Shown here: one piece after another, positions 1 through 8,650 of the stretch
How the letters are laid out: each line of letters starts with the position of its first letter
Position numbering within the stretch: the stretch's first letter is position 1
Source: an uncultured Gammaproteobacteria bacterium
Lineage (GTDB): Bacteria; Patescibacteriota; Patescibacteriia; Patescibacteriales; GWE2-39-37
Direction: 5' to 3'
DNA length: 64,000 nucleotides
NCBI GenBank assembly: GCA_964443495.1
Contig: CAYUCS010000002.1
Span: 23,740 to 87,739, forward strand
The notes under the pieces: model-generated
What the model saw: only the letters and a program-made list of their open reading frames with translations
The model's database searches: none
Told to the model about the DNA's origin: nothing
Made by a program: the position numbers and the translations under genes

Positions 1-86
1 ACAATGATCGGTAATTGCTTGACCAAGACGGTGGACGCGACTTGCCTGACGTTGTCGTACAACTCCTGTTCGTACCATTCGTTCAT
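1..86 (-). CDS. hypothetical protein, N-terminal fragment (gene runs off the left edge)
   Basis: ATG at 86..84 follows a purine-rich GAAAGGAAAAAAGAC stretch. It reads MNEWYEQELYDNVRQVASTVLVKQLPII with no stop before the window edge. It is shorter than the ORF-track cut-off. Confidence 0.35.
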   Translation of the reverse strand, partial: MNEWYEQELYDNVRQVASTVLVKQLPII

Positions 87-190
87 GTCTTTTTTCCTTT
101 CTGTAGTTTATTTGGTTATCAAAGGGCGTTTTGTCATTTTATTTATCTGGCCGCGTGCCTTATGCACCCGGGCAGAATGGATGAAATGAT

Positions 191-228
191 GGTGCGGGGG
201 GCAGGCTTGATGCCTTGCCCCGCGCACC
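191..228 (-). terminator. GC-rich hairpin just downstream of the nadE-fusion stop codon
   Basis: GGTGCGGGGGGCAGGC / GCCTTGCCCCGCGCACC is an inverted repeat with a short loop. There is no strong U-tract, so terminator function is uncertain. Confidence 0.35.
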
Positions 229-238
229 GATTACGACC

Positions 239-2722
239 CTACTCAAGGTAGAGATCGTGTGTATAGATATATTCCGCGATTTGCGGCGAAACCAGGTCGT
301 TGATCGCAAATCCATCCCTGATACTCTCACGGATGGCCGTACTTGAACCGAAGACGCCTTCGAGCTCGATCAGCATGTGGTGCGGCGGCAGATCCGCTTC
401 AGCGGCGCCATAGCCCTTGCGGGTCAGGACCGCCCAATTCAGATTGCCCCAGATCCATGGTCCGTGATTCCAAACCTGATGGATTTCCGACTTACCCTCG
501 GCGCCGCCAGCGATGATGTCCTCGCCGATGACATACCAGATTTCAGCATCCGGGTAACGCTGTTTGTAGCGGACGTCCAGAAGATAAGTCGGGGTGTAGG
601 TATCGGCATCCAGGTCATGGAGGTCCAGCTTGATGTTGCCTGCTTCAGGAAACGCGGCGACAGCCATACGACGGCGATGATCTATCGGAGTGCCGTTCAC
701 TGAAGGCTTGTCGGCGCGATTGCCGCAAGGCGCGATTACGACTTCATCGAAAATCTTGCCCAGCTCAGAGGCAATTGCCTGTTGATGAAGGCCCGGAGGA
801 TTGAAGCTTCCGCCGTATATGGCGACTTTCTTCTTAAGCACCCCCCTTCGCAGAAGCAGATCGCGCATCAGATAATACCGCGAAGTGAAATGGGCACTGA
901 CCATGGATTCGCGCAGATCATAGCCGAAATCGCGCTTGGCCATGATCGGCACAGGCATCGCCTGCACCCGCTTGCGGTATGCATCGTGATACATCCGCCA
1001 CTTGTCTTCCAAGTCAATCACAAAAGATTCCGGCGTCGGGAAAAGGCGCGAGAGATGGCCAGCCGGAAGCTTGAACTCCTGCTCCAGCATACCGCTCAGG
1101 TACCGCTCTAGGAACCATTCCGGATTCCTACGGAATTCAGTGAAGGCCCGTACCATCTCGTCGTGGTAGCCCCGGCGCTTGAGATTGCCGTAATCGAAAG
1201 GATCTTTCTGGTCTTTTTCGATTTCAGCAGTCGGCTGAACTTCATATACCTCTCGCGGGACGATTTGCCTGCAATAGGCTTCACGCTCCATGTAGTCGAG
1301 CAGCTGATAAACCTCTCTGGCGACGGAGCCTCCAGGGGCCGCATAATAGCCTGCAATGTCGGCATACTGCGTGCCATAACCGAAGGCGATTTCCACCTTG
1401 TTGCAATTGGCACTGAATAAGCCGCCGATCTTTTCGGTCTTGCCAGCCAGCACCTCCATCCTCGCCCTGGCCTGGATGTTGCCATAGGCCCGAGCGTCAT
1501 CCGGAGTGATGCCGGCCGACTCAGCGATCGCGTCGACGATCGGCTTGATCGGTACTACCTCGTAGTTCGTAAAGTAGTGCTCCCCAAGAAGGTTCCTGGC
1601 GATCTCGTCGGCTATTTCCATGTTCCTTGTCCCGCTATAGCCTTCCATCGGCAGATTGTAAAGGAAGACGTTCTCTGGACCGAGAATCAGGACGTACAGC
1701 AAAGCTGACAGCGCCGAGTCTTTGCCTCCGGAAAGTCCGATAATCATCTTGCGACGCGACGCTGGCATGGTCCAGAGGAACCGCTTGGTTACGTCGAACA
1801 ACGCATTGAACATCTGGGTAGTATCGTCTTCCTCTACGACCTCGATAGGTTGCATACCTGGCCCGACGACGAATTCCTTGGACCCGGAAAAGAAAGGCGG
1901 GATGACGAAGACCACGTTTCCGTCACGATCATAAACCGTCGAGCTACCGTCGTAAGCGATCAGATTCTTCCCGTTGTTCTGGACGCCAGTGTTATTGACG
2001 TAAACGAAAATGACTTTGCACTCGGCCAAAAGGGCCTTTACGACCGAATGGCGCTTGCGGTTTTTCTGCCAGCTCCAATTCGAGCATGACAGATTGAAGA
2101 TGATTTCGGCGCCGAGACGAGCCAGGATCTTGGTCGGGCTGTAAAAATAATCGCCATCCCACATGTCCTCGCAGCATATTGCGCCGAACTTGATCGTCTT
2201 TCCTGTGCGGGTCATGATCGAATAGACATCGAACATCTCCTCCATCGGGATGAACTGCTGCCTCCGCTCCATTTCCTCCTCTCGCCTTATGCGCTTATTG
2301 CGCATGTGGCGCCCGTCGTCGAAGATGCGGTAGTTCGGCTGTAGTGTCTTGTCGGTCTGGCCGATCCACTCCCCGTGCTGCGCGATGGCGGCAACGTTGC
2401 TCTTGAGCATCCGCCCGTCTTCGCCGGAGCGGCCAGGACAAGCCGTGAGCGTCCCGAAGATTACAGCTACATGCTTGTCGCGCGTGGCGAAACGGATGCG
2501 CTCATTGCACGTCATCACATCCATTACGAAAGCATCGTCCTCGTACATGTCGCCGATTACATAGCCGGACAGGCACTCTTCGGGGAAGATGATAAAATCA
2601 GCTTCCGACGCTTCAGCTTGCGCTATCTCTTTCACCATATACGCAAGGTTGATGTCCGGCCGTCCAGGGACAACATCCATCTGGCACAACCACAACTTGA
2701 TTTCTTCGATTTCCTTGATCAT
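239..2722 (-). CDS. nadE: three-domain fusion: carbon-nitrogen hydrolase (glutaminase) + NAD+ synthetase (NadE) + C-terminal NadD-like nicotinate/nicotinamide mononucleotide adenylyltransferase
   Basis: The N-terminal CN-hydrolase domain has FPE and GAICCEDMW (E-K-C triad context). The PP-loop GLSGGKDSALSA marks NAD synthetase. The C-terminal ~190 aa carry GGSFNPPGLHQQ and SSTAIRESI (ISSTxxR-like), as in NadD/NMNAT. I moved the start to the ATG at 2722 because AAGGAGG lies 5 nt upstream; the track ORF starts at 2770. Confidence 0.85.
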   Translation of the reverse strand: MIKEIEEIKLWLCQMDVVPGRPDINLAYMVKEIAQAEASEADFIIFPEECLSGYVIGDMYEDDAFVMDVMTCNERIRFATRDKHVAVIFGTLTACPGRSGEDGRMLKSNVAAIAQHGEWIGQTDKTLQPNYRIFDDGRHMRNKRIRREEEMERRQQFIPMEEMFDVYSIMTRTGKTIKFGAICCEDMWDGDYFYSPTKILARLGAEIIFNLSCSNWSWQKNRKRHSVVKALLAECKVIFVYVNNTGVQNNGKNLIAYDGSSTVYDRDGNVVFVIPPFFSGSKEFVVGPGMQPIEVVEEDDTTQMFNALFDVTKRFLWTMPASRRKMIIGLSGGKDSALSALLYVLILGPENVFLYNLPMEGYSGTRNMEIADEIARNLLGEHYFTNYEVVPIKPIVDAIAESAGITPDDARAYGNIQARARMEVLAGKTEKIGGLFSANCNKVEIAFGYGTQYADIAGYYAAPGGSVAREVYQLLDYMEREAYCRQIVPREVYEVQPTAEIEKDQKDPFDYGNLKRRGYHDEMVRAFTEFRRNPEWFLERYLSGMLEQEFKLPAGHLSRLFPTPESFVIDLEDKWRMYHDAYRKRVQAMPVPIMAKRDFGYDLRESMVSAHFTSRYYLMRDLLLRRGVLKKKVAIYGGSFNPPGLHQQAIASELGKIFDEVVIAPCGNRADKPSVNGTPIDHRRRMAVAAFPEAGNIKLDLHDLDADTYTPTYLLDVRYKQRYPDAEIWYVIGEDIIAGGAEGKSEIHQVWNHGPWIWGNLNWAVLTRKGYGAAEADLPPHHMLIELEGVFGSSTAIRESIRDGFAINDLVSPQIAEYIYTHDLYLE

Positions 2723-2866
2723 CGCACTCCTCCTTTTTCTCCCTTGGGTTAGGTTGCGTAATATATCCATTGTTTCAATGAACGGATTCGCCTAAGCCGC
2801 CGACGGCGGTCAGCAGCTTGGGTGAAGCGGGCAGGAACGGATTCCTGCCCTTGTTACGAATATCGA

Positions 2867-3793
2867 TTAAAGAGCTTCGAGGGTTTCGTCGAACAAGACG
2901 TCGATCGGGCGATTCTGCAGCATCTGCAGTTTCCTGAGCGCATCCTTGAAGATAGTGCCGTGATGCCCGATGCCGAACTCCGGAAATGGGTCTTCTGCCA
3001 GATTGACGATCGCCAGCTTTTCGGCGTCATCGCCGGCCCTGAACCAGCGCATAAGCATTCCTTTGCTGACCGCGAAGTCCACCTTGATCGGCAGCAGATA
3101 AGCCGTCGTCCAGTTGATGCGCTTGGCTTGGAGGTGCGGCCGCTCTTCTTCGGCCGAAGTTTCGTAAGTCCGCAGCAGTATCAGCTCCGTGTCAACTTCG
3201 GCGATTTCCGGTTGGTTCAAGATGACCATGACCGGCGTTCGAGGAACGAATGGGTAGTGGTAAAACTCCGTTTCCGTAGCCGCGTACGGCTCAATCTTGA
3301 GACTGACCTCCTCCTCGGCCTCCATCTGCAGCGTCGCCGCCGGCGTCTGGAAATAGTAGTTGACCACCTCTTCGTTGCCGCCTACCAGGGCGATTTTGCC
3401 TTTGCCCGGGTCCCATTTGCGATCGATCAGGACGAAGAAGCTGTTGCCGGTGCTGTCGATGACCACCGGAATGATATCGGCGGCCAGCGACGGCTTGGGG
3501 CGCTGCAGCCGGCCGATGAAGTCCAGCTTGATAATACTTGCTTCGCTGTGACGCTCGATGCTGATGGCGACCAGGTCGCCCTCGGAACCGAATCTTCCCC
3601 AGCCTTCGTAGCACTCCTGAACGAATGACAGCAGCACTGTTTCCAGGTCGTCATCCTTGAAGCAAAACTTTGTGCGATCCATGAAGAGGTCATCGGTGTC
3701 GAGTACGAGCTGAGGCTTCAGCTCGTTGACTCGCGCCAATTGCACATCGGTGACCTTGCCGCCGTTCCTGCCGAAAAACAATCTTCTGTTCAT
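2867..3793 (-). CDS. hypothetical protein with a degenerate Nudix-like fold/box
   Basis: The segment IPVVIDSTGNSFFVLIDRKWDPGKGKIALVGG...LQMEAEEEVSLKI resembles a Nudix beta-strand plus box. It keeps the E-x2-EE glutamates, but R->M and G->S, and the upstream E/G are not aligned. An AAAAGGAG SD precedes the ATG. Confidence 0.45.
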   Translation of the reverse strand: MNRRLFFGRNGGKVTDVQLARVNELKPQLVLDTDDLFMDRTKFCFKDDDLETVLLSFVQECYEGWGRFGSEGDLVAISIERHSEASIIKLDFIGRLQRPKPSLAADIIPVVIDSTGNSFFVLIDRKWDPGKGKIALVGGNEEVVNYYFQTPAATLQMEAEEEVSLKIEPYAATETEFYHYPFVPRTPVMVILNQPEIAEVDTELILLRTYETSAEEERPHLQAKRINWTTAYLLPIKVDFAVSKGMLMRWFRAGDDAEKLAIVNLAEDPFPEFGIGHHGTIFKDALRKLQMLQNRPIDVLFDETLEAL

Positions 3794-3818
3794 GTCGTCT
3801 CCTTTTAGTCGAAGCTGC

Positions 3819-4802
3819 CTAATCGTTGTTGAGTATCTTCCTGATCGTCCTGACGAACTCGCCGGAAACGTCGCAGACCTTGAAACGGGCCGACAAGCCG
3901 TTGCTCGACAGTTCGCAATCCTTCGCCTGTTGGGACATCGGATGTGTATTGGTCGTGACCACTTTGATGATGGGCGAACTTATCAGATCGACGATAATGC
4001 TGCCGCTATTGAGCGCGAAATGGCTCAACACCGCATAGACTGAGGCCGCGCCATGTTCCAGGTACGCCTCAGCTGCCTTGATTATGGTCCCGGCGCTCCT
4101 GGTCATGTCATCGTAAATGATGACGTTCTTGCCGCGAACGTCGCCGATAACTGCCAGAACTTCAGTCTTCTCGAACTCCCTGCCTTTGTCGATCAGGGCA
4201 AAACCCGTTTGGAAGAGCTTGGCGAACGTCGCCACCCATGCCGGCCGCCCAAGGTCCGCCGAGGCGAACATGAAATTGTCGAGCCCCAACTCGCTTATGG
4301 CCGTTGCCAGCTGTTTTTCGGCGTAAAGCTCGTAACGCAGGCAGTCGCCCTCGAAATAATGCACCAACCCGGAAACGTGAAGATCCATCATCAGGAAGAC
4401 ATTGCCCATCCCAGAATTAGGGATGCTTGAAAGCTGGCGGGCAACGACCTTGGCCATTACCACTTCGCCAGGATACTGGGCCCGCTCCATGGTTGAATAC
4501 CCCAGGAACGGGATAACGAAGATCCGACGGATGGTGCCGTAGCCTGCCAAGGCGCATCCGACGCGGTAAAGCTCGTTGATCTGCTCGTCCGTATGGGTGC
4601 TGCCCACGAAAATCGCTGTCTTGCCGATAAGGTCGTCGCGCCCGCCTATACCGATGCGGTAATACTGCTCGACGCCTCCGAAATTCTTCCTTTCGATACT
4701 GCCAGCTTCGAGGCCAAGGCCTTTTGCGATCAGTTCGGCGAAATATTGCGACTCTTTCGTCGAGAAAATAACGACATCCTTAAGCGTTGCGATGGTATCC
4801 AT
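3819..4802 (-). CDS. prs: ribose-phosphate pyrophosphokinase family protein (divergent Prs paralogue)
   Basis: It has the PRPP-binding loop VIIYDDMTRSAGT, an MDLH motif and overall Prs length (327 aa). The region equivalent to the canonical YARQDRK reads YSTMERA, and the flexible catalytic loop is divergent. Confidence 0.8.
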   Translation of the reverse strand: MDTIATLKDVVIFSTKESQYFAELIAKGLGLEAGSIERKNFGGVEQYYRIGIGGRDDLIGKTAIFVGSTHTDEQINELYRVGCALAGYGTIRRIFVIPFLGYSTMERAQYPGEVVMAKVVARQLSSIPNSGMGNVFLMMDLHVSGLVHYFEGDCLRYELYAEKQLATAISELGLDNFMFASADLGRPAWVATFAKLFQTGFALIDKGREFEKTEVLAVIGDVRGKNVIIYDDMTRSAGTIIKAAEAYLEHGAASVYAVLSHFALNSGSIIVDLISSPIIKVVTTNTHPMSQQAKDCELSSNGLSARFKVCDVSGEFVRTIRKILNND

Positions 4803-4832
4803 TATGCTCTCCTTCCGGTCGGTTATACTGCT

Positions 4833-5654
4833 TTAGCGCATCAACCCTTTCTTCTTGTGAAGTGCCGTGAAAAAATCACGGCGGTTCAGTACCGCGAACA
4901 GGACGCGCGTCTTGTGCTCGCGCACGATCACGCTTTCCCCGACTCCGATCTCGCCGACGCTTTGGCCGTCAGCGATCAGGCACATTCCGCCGGAAGTCTT
5001 GGTTCCGACGATTTCCACCTCGATCAACGAATCCTGTTTCATAACTACCGGCTTGGCGCCGAACTGGTCGGGGCAAAGCGGCGTAAGCAGGATGCATTCG
5101 AGTCCGGGCACGACGACCGGTCCGCCGGCGCTCATGTTGTAGCCCGTCGAACCTGTCGGCGCGCTGACGATCATGCCGTCAGCGCGAAGCCCGCGATAGA
5201 CGACATGGTTGTCGATCCGCACCCTGAAAGTCCCCATCGAGCTGGTATGCTTGAGTACGACGTCGTTGACGAACGGTCCATAGCTCTCCCCTCGGAAGAC
5301 GACTTCAAGGCCGACTCTTTCTTCGCGGACATATTTGCCCTTGATGATCAGCTCAAGCACCTTCTTCCAGTTGGCCAAATTGCCGATCGTGATGAAGCCG
5401 ACATCGCCGCCGACGTTGATCGGGATAGTGATTACGCCACAGACCGAAAAATCGGTCGATGTGCGTACTGCCATCCCGTCGCCGCCGAGAGCGACTGCGA
5501 ATTCCGCCATGTGGGCGGAACTTTCGTCCGCGATGACCAGCTGGCCTTTTTCTTCGAGCCAGCTAGTTATGCGCGCCTTCGTTTCCTGGGCGATCTTCTT
5601 GTCCGGATGCGCGACGATCACGAATCCTGACCTTTTGCTTCTTAAGCTTGTCAT
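4833..5654 (-). CDS. nadK: NAD kinase
   Basis: It has the ALGGDGM (GGDG) and PTGSTGYNMSAGGP motifs. I moved the start to the ATG at 5654, which is preceded by AAAGGAG; the track ORF starts at 5717. Confidence 0.85.
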   Translation of the reverse strand: MTSLRSKRSGFVIVAHPDKKIAQETKARITSWLEEKGQLVIADESSAHMAEFAVALGGDGMAVRTSTDFSVCGVITIPINVGGDVGFITIGNLANWKKVLELIIKGKYVREERVGLEVVFRGESYGPFVNDVVLKHTSSMGTFRVRIDNHVVYRGLRADGMIVSAPTGSTGYNMSAGGPVVVPGLECILLTPLCPDQFGAKPVVMKQDSLIEVEIVGTKTSGGMCLIADGQSVGEIGVGESVIVREHKTRVLFAVLNRRDFFTALHKKKGLMR

Positions 5655-5782
5655 GGCCCTTCTCCTTTCTGTAATCGATATTCTTATTTCAAAGATCGTC
5701 CTCCTTGCTGCAGTCATCTATCAGCCGATAAATGGCTCCAGTAAGGAGGCAGAGGGACGGGAGTGTCCCTCTGCCGGTGCCG

Positions 5783-7120
5783 TCACACGACGACGGCTCG
5801 TTCTTCAGTTCCTTCAACTCCGAAAATCCGTTTGAACAGCTCGACCCGTTCACGTGGCCCTGTCGCCTTGGCATGGTTATCAGACAGCTTGACCGCGCCG
5901 ACTCCATTGGCTTCGACAACCTTGCAGGCCATCGAGAATGGGCGGAACAGGTCTGAGCCCTCGGTTCTTGGCCAAGCACCGCGGCAGTCGTTGCCGGCCA
6001 GGGTACCCCAGCCGAACGACAAGGTGCCGACCTTTGATCCGTTACGACGAACGCAATCGACCATGTCCTGGGCGTCGAGGCCGTCGCTCGGCAATATCAG
6101 CTTGGTCTGCGGGTCAGCCTCCATCTTATTCCACCATCCGACCATCAATTCTGTCACCTGGTCAGGATGCATCGAGTCCGGCCTTGTTCCCTTGCACTGA
6201 TGGGCCATCCATTTGGGCGCGCCATCAAGAAACTGCTTGGTGCCGAACGTGTCGATCAGCATGATGCTCATGTCGCGCCCGAAGACATCGAACCATTCCT
6301 TGACGATCTCATACTGGGCTGACTTAATCTTGCCGACGTCGTCGCCAGCCAGGCAGGCTTTGACCATGGGCAATTCGTGGGCGTTGGTGCCGATCGGATT
6401 ACTGCTGCCATGCTTCATGGATAGCAGCACGCTTGAGCTGCCGACGCATTGTCCTGGCAGTTCGTCCATCATGACGTTCATGACGAACTGCTGCATGTAG
6501 CGGCTGTGCCGTCTCCTGGTGTCGAAGAGGGCGAAGTTCAGGCTCGGTTCCGTCTTGATCAGCTTGATCTTCTCGTGGAGACGGTTGATCATCTTCGAGT
6601 AGATCGTCATGATCTCGAACTCCGAAAGGCCGGCGTTCAGGATCATGTAGTAGTAATACAGTTCGGAAACGATGGCCATCGCCATGATTTCCCACCAGGT
6701 CACTTTCCACCACGGTCCGGTAAAAGTCAGCTCGTAACCGCCGTCGACCCTCTTGAGTTCGTAGCCGGGCAGACGCATCTTCCTGAGCTCGGCCAGGAAA
6801 TTTCCTGGAATGATGGCAGTCTTGTCATCGCTCAAGGTCATGCCGCCGACGAACGAGCACTCGGCCGGATTGATCGATAACCTCAGGCACTCGTCAAGCT
6901 GCTCGCGCAAGACGCTCTCCGGGATGACATCGGCCAGCCGGATGAACTTGTCTCGGATGATCAGCTTGAACGTGACGATAACGTCGCGATAAGCCAGGTT
7001 CTTCCAGATGAAGTAAGCCATCGGGAATTTGTAGAAGTCCGTATCGAGGAAGCTCTTGATGATCGCTTCCCCGTTGGCCAGGGCGAATATCTGCTTCAGT
7101 CCCATCAGTATCCTTCTCAT
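5783..7120 (-). CDS. pncB: nicotinate/nicotinamide phosphoribosyltransferase family protein (NAPRT/PncB-like)
   Basis: The N-terminal LDTDFYKFPMAYF motif (TD-x-YK) is typical of the NAPRT/NAMPT superfamily. The protein is 445 aa and AAGGAGG precedes the ATG. Substrate (nicotinate, nicotinamide or other) cannot be decided by eye. Confidence 0.75.
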   Translation of the reverse strand: MRRILMGLKQIFALANGEAIIKSFLDTDFYKFPMAYFIWKNLAYRDVIVTFKLIIRDKFIRLADVIPESVLREQLDECLRLSINPAECSFVGGMTLSDDKTAIIPGNFLAELRKMRLPGYELKRVDGGYELTFTGPWWKVTWWEIMAMAIVSELYYYYMILNAGLSEFEIMTIYSKMINRLHEKIKLIKTEPSLNFALFDTRRRHSRYMQQFVMNVMMDELPGQCVGSSSVLLSMKHGSSNPIGTNAHELPMVKACLAGDDVGKIKSAQYEIVKEWFDVFGRDMSIMLIDTFGTKQFLDGAPKWMAHQCKGTRPDSMHPDQVTELMVGWWNKMEADPQTKLILPSDGLDAQDMVDCVRRNGSKVGTLSFGWGTLAGNDCRGAWPRTEGSDLFRPFSMACKVVEANGVGAVKLSDNHAKATGPRERVELFKRIFGVEGTEERAVVV

Positions 7121-7133
7121 TGCCTTTCCTCCT

Positions 7134-8189
7134 TCAGTGAATGAATTTTTTGCAGAATCTGTCAGCTACGTCGAGAATCTTGTCTTTTTCCACCAGTCCA
7201 TCGATCAGTGGTTGCGGAAAGACGGCGGTGCCATTCTTGGCTCCAAGCAGAGCTCCGACGATCGAGGCATTGGTGTCCGTGTCGCCGCCGACGCGGATGG
7301 CGTTGACGACGGCCTGGAAGCTGTCGTGGTCCTTGAGGAAGCAGGCGTAAGCTAGGGGCAAAGAATTGTAGACATAGAAAGGCTTGTCGCCGTAATACTC
7401 TGCTAGGAACGCCAAATCCTTTTTGTAGTGCTTGCCGCACATCAGGTCAGCCATCCTTTCCGAAAGACTGGGCTCGCTTTCAATATCGAAATTGAGCGAT
7501 TCTCTTCTGGCACCAAGCTGCAAGCAGATCATTATTGCGCGTTTGAAGAATGCGGCAGTAAAATCTATGCTGTCCAGCGAATCAAAACAGAGCGACGCCA
7601 CGCCGAACTGCATTACTCCTTGTTCAATGCCCAAGCGCGTACGGTGTGTCATCTGCGCAAGATCGAATAATCCGTCAATGATCTGATTGGCCAAAGTGAG
7701 CGTTTTTACGTGCGGATTTGGTCCAAGACCATTATTGAACGGCAGTTTCCTTAAGGCGAACATCGCGGCCAAAGGCGAAATCTTCATCATCACGCCATTA
7801 CCACTGGTGGGCATTCCAGACTCACTCCAGGACACTCCCGACTTGATGCGTTCGATCGCTGTAAGCGTACCCTTGCCCCAACCCGATGCGCGGTCGTCCA
7901 TGGCCTCGACGTGGCGCCGTGCCATGTCGTCCATATCGATGCGGCCGCAGGCGATCAGCGATTCGGCTATTACCAATGAAAGCTGGGTGTCGTCGGTTAT
8001 GTCGCCGGCCTTGAGCTTGCCGTCGTGGAACTTGTGTCCCGGCGGTGGGTCCTGATAAACCGCGAAGGCCTCGTCCGGCATCGCTAGAAGCTCAGCCGGC
8101 GTAAAAATCTTCTCGAACGGCATCCCCAGAGCGTCGCCGATGGCGATGCCCAGGAACATTCCCTTGACTCTGTCTTTCAAATCGGTCAT
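7134..8189 (-). CDS. ADP-ribosylglycohydrolase family protein (DraG/ARH-like)
   Basis: GIAIGDALGMPFE lies near the N-terminus and GGDTDTNASIVGALLGA near the C-terminus, matching the metal-binding motifs of this family. The start ATG overlaps the upstream stop (ATGA). Confidence 0.8.
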   Translation of the reverse strand: MTDLKDRVKGMFLGIAIGDALGMPFEKIFTPAELLAMPDEAFAVYQDPPPGHKFHDGKLKAGDITDDTQLSLVIAESLIACGRIDMDDMARRHVEAMDDRASGWGKGTLTAIERIKSGVSWSESGMPTSGNGVMMKISPLAAMFALRKLPFNNGLGPNPHVKTLTLANQIIDGLFDLAQMTHRTRLGIEQGVMQFGVASLCFDSLDSIDFTAAFFKRAIMICLQLGARRESLNFDIESEPSLSERMADLMCGKHYKKDLAFLAEYYGDKPFYVYNSLPLAYACFLKDHDSFQAVVNAIRVGGDTDTNASIVGALLGAKNGTAVFPQPLIDGLVEKDKILDVADRFCKKFIH

Positions 8190-8473
8190 GGCCCCTCTCC
8201 TTCTGCAGTGGTTTCGATTTCTTCAAGCCTTAGCGCTTCATGGTCATTATCGGGCCAGATCAGGCGGTAGCCGTAAGGCCGCCACCACTGCTCGCCCATG
8301 GTTTTCATGTGCTTGATCCACTTTGAATGCCTTTCGTGGGCGTAATCGAACAGCAAGCCAGGATTCCAGACGAACGGAAATGGCAAAGGATTCTCTTTTG
8401 CCCACCTGGGGTACTCTTCGCGGCAATACCTCTCCCATTCGGCTGCTAGCCTTTTCAACTCACTCTCATCCAT
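8186..8473 (-). CDS. small Trp-rich hypothetical protein (95 aa), translationally coupled to the ADP-ribosylglycohydrolase
   Basis: The ORF has a GGGAGG SD and an ATGA overlap with the downstream gene. I see no recognisable motif. Confidence 0.5.
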   Translation of the reverse strand: MDESELKRLAAEWERYCREEYPRWAKENPLPFPFVWNPGLLFDYAHERHSKWIKHMKTMGEQWWRPYGYRLIWPDNDHEALRLEEIETTAEGEGP

Positions 8474-8607
8474 GATGCCTCCCTTTCGACGCTTTTCGTC
8501 TGTTGAAGTATGTTGATGTAAAGATCGTTTGCCTCAACCACGATGGTTCAGGCAAGAAAGCTGCGATCGATTCATTCCAGTCGCAATTTTCTGAAAATTG
8601 GGGTGAC

Positions 8608-8632
8608 GGGCGCTTGCTTGGTGCAAGCGCCC
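8608..8632 (-). terminator. strong hairpin 19 nt downstream of the pncA stop (possible internal terminator or processing site in the NAD cluster)
   Basis: GGGCGCTTGC-TTGGT-GCAAGCGCCC is a perfect 10-bp stem. On the minus strand the U-run begins only ~10 nt later, so strength is uncertain. Confidence 0.4.
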
Positions 8633-8650
8633 GCCGATGCGATAATCCGA

